Made by a program: the position numbers and the translations under genes | Shown here: one piece after another, positions 36,929 through 40,549 of the stretch | Position numbering within the stretch: the stretch's first letter is position 1 | Layout of the letters: every line of letters starts with the position of its first letter | Origin: Phoronis australis | Lineage: Eukaryota; Animalia; Phoronida | Length of the DNA: 40,549 nt | Reading direction: 5' to 3' | Assembly: GCA_002633005.1 (NCBI GenBank) | Contig: NMRA01000696.1 | Location: 60,587 to 101,135, forward strand | Notes under the pieces: generated by a model | What the model was told of the DNA's origin: nothing | What the model saw: only the letters and a program-made list of their open reading frames with translations | Databases searched by the model: none

Positions 36929-37705
36929 TGCGGTTATTCCCGATAATCTCAGCCCTTGCATTCCTGGTACTGCTGTTACTGGCAATAAATTTTATCTGTT
37001 TACTCCAGCCCGACAGCAGTGCCATCTGCTTGTGATAAATTCAATTCATTTTTTTATGCGCGTATGCGATTTAAATCTCTACTACGGGCCCAGGTTTCAT
37101 TTCACAAATCACAGGCCATGGGTCAAATGACCCGCGAAAGGGACTGGGGACGGGTGGAAACGGGGTGACTTTGACTAAAGATTAATAGGTTCACATTCTG
37201 TTTTAGATGGTATCAAAACTCTTAACCTTGGTGCGAGAGATGCCAAACATTTTGTATAGAATACAAAATAGGGTAGTAAACAAAATGTCAGTACGAGACA
37301 AAGATATATTTACACCATGAACAAGTCGTATACTGCACTAGGACGTTAATTTTTGCCTTTCAAACTTTTGTTTTAACTTGACACTGAGCAACATTGTTTC
37401 ATCGGCTTGGGCGCCATTTATAACCTTGGCGTACAAAGGTAGGGGCGCCGGGAGGAAGGTAAGTAGGCTGCAGGTTTGTGTAAAAAATTGAGGCCGTGAA
37501 CCACGGATCTGACTTGCTAACACAACAGTCTCATCACCGGTGCTGATAAATTAGCTGTTAATCCAAATACAAAGCATGACACTGTGGCTATTTCGCAAAA
37601 GTCGGAACGTACATTTTACTTGCATAGTGAAACCCCGACCAAGCATGGCAAATATTATGAGTCCGTGATTACTGCCAAGAAAACGTGCAGGATATAAACC
37701 AACAA

Positions 37706-37777
37706 CCATCCACATCAGTCAATACATTACATCCACATCAGTCAATACATTACATCCACATCAGTCAATACAATACA
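37706..37777. repeat. 23-bp tandem repeat, 3 copies
   Basis: Unit catccacatcagtcaatacatta. Confidence 0.85.
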
Positions 37778-38030
37778 CCAGCGGCAGTTTTAAACGATGT
37801 GTAAATAATCACCTTTACATGATAACTTCCAGATTTACATTCAGTCCCCGACAATGCGGAAAAGCGTATTGTCCGAAATGTGAGAATTACGGCCAATGCT
37901 GCAAAAATTGATGCGTCCGAAATTTGAGAAATATGGTGAATGCCAAATAGCGGATTTGCAGCGCAAACGAACTACGCATTGCGCATGTGCGAGTTACTTC
38001 CTGCGCGAAGGCTCATGGGATAGCTTGTGG

Positions 38031-39289
38031 TCAGGCATTGAGCAGGCTGGATAGTGTGTGCATTTGGAGTGATTTGCAAACTAAAAACCATGTTTCATTT
38101 TTTTGCTTTATAATACCCAGCAAGTCCTCTCTCTCGTTTGTAAACACAGCGTAGCTATGATCAGTGACCGTGTGACCGAGGGCATGACTGTCGTCATGTT
38201 CAGTATTGGGGCTATCGGCGTTGATTTCGAAATCTCCGGTTTCAGACAAGTTGACAGTTCTTGGGTTGCTTAACTTTTGTAGCTTTCGCCGTGGATATGC
38301 TAGAGACGTTAATTTTAAGAGGAAACTCCGTCGGAATGTTGTTCTCATACGTCTTTTTTCCACCAGGAAAATGTTCGCTGCACACACGATAGCCCCTAGG
38401 CAATTACATCGCACTGGATGCCGCAGGCATTCAGGGGCGATAGTACATCCTCACAAAAAGTTACTCATTTCAAAATACAGCAAATAAAATCAAATGAACC
38501 ATACATATAGGAACACGGAGTTATAATTAACACATACCACGACTCTGGATACAATTTAGTCAGCAAAACTTGAACAAATCGATGAAAATCTGTCGCGGTT
38601 TGCTCGAGTTTCTCTCAGTTACCGGGTGCCATTTTGAGGAAGTTACGTGAAATTACAAGTTTCACCCGATACCTTCTCATGCTATTTTACAAGTGTCACG
38701 CGCTAGCGTCACGCGCTTTGCTCAGTCTCGCGCTAACCTTTGCCTAACTCACGTGATGACATGCTTTATGGTTATCGCGCACGCGGTGATAAAATTAACG
38801 GCAACCAAAAAAGTGAAGTTGTAATTCTTCGCCAAAGTCAACTTAATTCTCACAACTAAGCTTAAGATATGTATAGAAGTAGAAAGGACCAATGATGAAA
38901 GTAAGCGTTTTTTAAACGATAGTTTTAAGTGTAGAATGTATTTTTGACGAGGTGAAAACTCGAAATCGGTAATCCAAATCCGTTCACGGCCCGTTTTAAA
39001 TACACTGAAGTAACGAAATGAGTACAGAAAGCAAATGGAAGTATTGTAGCCCCTATATGGCGGGCAACCGAGGGGCTACATGTTGCCTACTAGATGGCTC
39101 CGAGTCCGCGTTGGTTTGAATGCGCTAAATCTCCCCTTACTCCCAGCTCTCCTAATGTTGTTTATCCATTTTTCACGAAGTTCTTGGTTTGTAGGGAACA
39201 CATAAAAAGTCAGATTTTTATCTCTCGTTGTTTTTGAAGCAGCCAGGAACACAACAAGTGTATCCGCCGTAAGTTTTCTTCGCGCTCAT
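38031..39289 (-). pseudogene. Disrupted THAP-domain (C2CH zinc finger) transposase N-terminus
   Basis: 39289-39112: MSAKKTYGGYTCCVPGCFKNNER/(frameshift)DKNLTFYVFPTNQELREKWINNIRRAGSKGRFSAFKPT. After a ~700-bp insert, from 38394: GYRVCSEHFPGGKKTYENNIPTEFP. After another frameshift, the DHSY motif (38162-38151) and a coiled-coil-like EREDLLGIIKQKNE. Confidence 0.85.
38397..39089. mobile_element. About 690-bp non-coding insertion with 7-bp TIRs and a hairpin at each end
   Basis: taggcaa (38397) / ttgccta (39089). Hairpins at 38408-38441 and 39045-39080 (tgtagcccct/aggggctaca). Splits the THAP domain. Confidence 0.55.
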
Positions 39290-39498
39290 ACCGCGTATTA
39301 TGCTTGATACTATGGCCGCTTTCGGAATCCTGACCACAGCACGCACAATGCACCATTTTAACCTAATTTCAATATGGCGTTGCTGCAAATCCGCTATTCG
39401 ACCATGTTCCAAATTTCAGGATCAAAAAATTCAGTTTGGGTTAGATTTGGGTGTCCGAGATTGGGGTAACTGTCCTAAATTCAGGAATTTTTACCGCA

Positions 39499-39873
39499 AC
39501 CCTTGACAACCCACAAAAGTTTGGAGGAATATGTGAAAACTCCTTCCAAAGTTAAATGGGCAAGTGTGACCTACACCTTCAGTGAATTACACGGCAACTG
39601 TGGGGAAATTCAGATTGTGAGAAAAGGATGCAACTGCAGATTACCCCAGTCAACTATTTTGCTAAAGCAGCATTCACAGGGAAACTGTCTCGGACAGTTA
39701 TCCTGACTACAAGGTACCCCAGGTTCATCACCTGCAGCATCGCTGGCACTGTTTTGTCTACCCAGAGGGCAACTTGATCCCAACTGAGCGTCAACTTGAC
39801 CCATCATCAGTGTCCAGGCAAAAATAAGAAGAAGAGTAACTCTACACGTATCATAACTAAAAAGTCCATTCAA
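39499..39873 (-). pseudogene. Probable decayed 5' end of a secreted/membrane LRR protein gene
   Basis: Signal-peptide-like MNGLFSYDTCRVTLLLIFAWTLMMGQVDA, LRRNT-like CPRQFPCECCFSKIVD(W)GNLQL, then frameshifted HIPPNFCGLSR running up to the transposon end at 39496. Confidence 0.45.
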
Positions 39874-40321
39874 ATATAATCAATTCTGCCTCGACACAAC
39901 CTTTGTCTACACAGGCAGTTGGGCAAGAACAAGTTGATCAGTGGAGCTTACCCCAAGTAAAAGAGCCGACACTTTGGCCTAGAATTACTGCAAGCTCAAT
40001 TTCAGCTGCCCATATGGGACACAAATCTGTTCAAACAGGAAGTTCAAATGATTATTTTCAGTCACTAGCACTTAAAACGTAGCCTGGATATCGCCAATTA
40101 GTCACGTCTTCAATACCTTCGGCTATGTTCGTTATCTTTCCTGACATATATCCAGTTAAACTGTAGAGTACACTACACTCCTGAAGTATTATCACAACAA
40201 AATAACCCACAACTGGCCATCATGACGAGTGGCAGAATTCGAGTTCATGGTCAGACCGTTACGACTGAGAATGAGGGGAATCAACAGTGAAGATAGTCAG
40301 GTGGCTAAGTCATTCTGTTAT

Positions 40322-40549
40322 TAGAATGTCACTGTCCCAATAGTTATTGTCAGACTGTCACTCCCTAGAATGTCACTGTCCCAATAGTTATTGTCAGACT
40401 GTCACTCCCTAGAATGTCACTGTCCCAATAGTTATTGTCAGACTGTCACTCCCCAATAGTTATTGCCAGACTGTCACTCCCCAATAGTTATTGCCAGACT
40501 GTCACTCCCCAATAGTTATTGCCAGACTGTCACTCCCCAATAGTTATTG
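40322..40549. repeat. Compound minisatellite (46-bp units turning into 28-bp units; cut by window edge)
   Basis: tagaatgtcactgtcccaatagttattgtcagactgtcactccc-type units, then gtcactccccaatagttattgccagact units. Confidence 0.9.

Larger units (their letters stand above)
37949..39395 (-). mobile_element. THAP-encoding TIR element with AT TSD (ISL2EU/Harbinger-group-like deletion derivative)
   Basis: AT|agcggatttgcagc ... gctgcaaatccgct|AT (14-bp perfect TIR). The THAP pseudogene ATG lies 106 bp inside the right end. Confidence 0.7.
35378..39496. mobile_element. 4.1-kb composite TIR element (pogo-like termini) carrying nested insertions
   Basis: Left TA|tggtaaaaattcacgaatttaggaaagt versus reverse complement of right end TG|cggtaaaaattcctgaatttaggacagt (25/30). 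Internal gtccgaaat(t/g)tgagaa motifs at about 37871, 37915 and 39453. Confidence 0.7.

Noticed and set aside
38399-39091. Treating the THAP-splitting segment as a spliceosomal intron
   Set aside because: The available gtaggc donor and cctag acceptor give incompatible phases, the pyrimidine tract is poor, and the segment has TIR and hairpin ends.

Overview
Animal (invertebrate-type, AT-rich) genomic DNA, not prokaryotic. Positions 1-26.9 kb hold the 5' part of a non-muscle myosin II heavy chain gene (zipper; MYH9/10/11/14 orthologue) on the minus strand. It has seven constitutive GT-AG coding exons (324, 157, 28, 124, 93, 163 and 144 nt; 344 codons of SH3-like plus motor domain) and continues off the left edge. 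There is also a candidate in-frame 27-nt loop-1 microexon (QQHKDHLNY) with a nearby UGCAUG cluster, and a compact promoter with TATA, CCAAT, E-box, CArG and MCAT motifs. The introns contain minisatellites and non-autonomous DNA transposons (pogo-like, hAT-like, small MITEs). The upstream 27-40.5 kb is rich in decayed elements: a 4.1-kb TIR element carrying nested Kolobok-like and THAP/ISL2EU-like remnants, two Helentron-associated-like repeats, and probable fragments of a decayed LRR membrane-protein gene. I see no intact novel multi-gene system. The best leads are the loop-1 microexon with its splicing motifs, the promoter module and the nested transposon stack.
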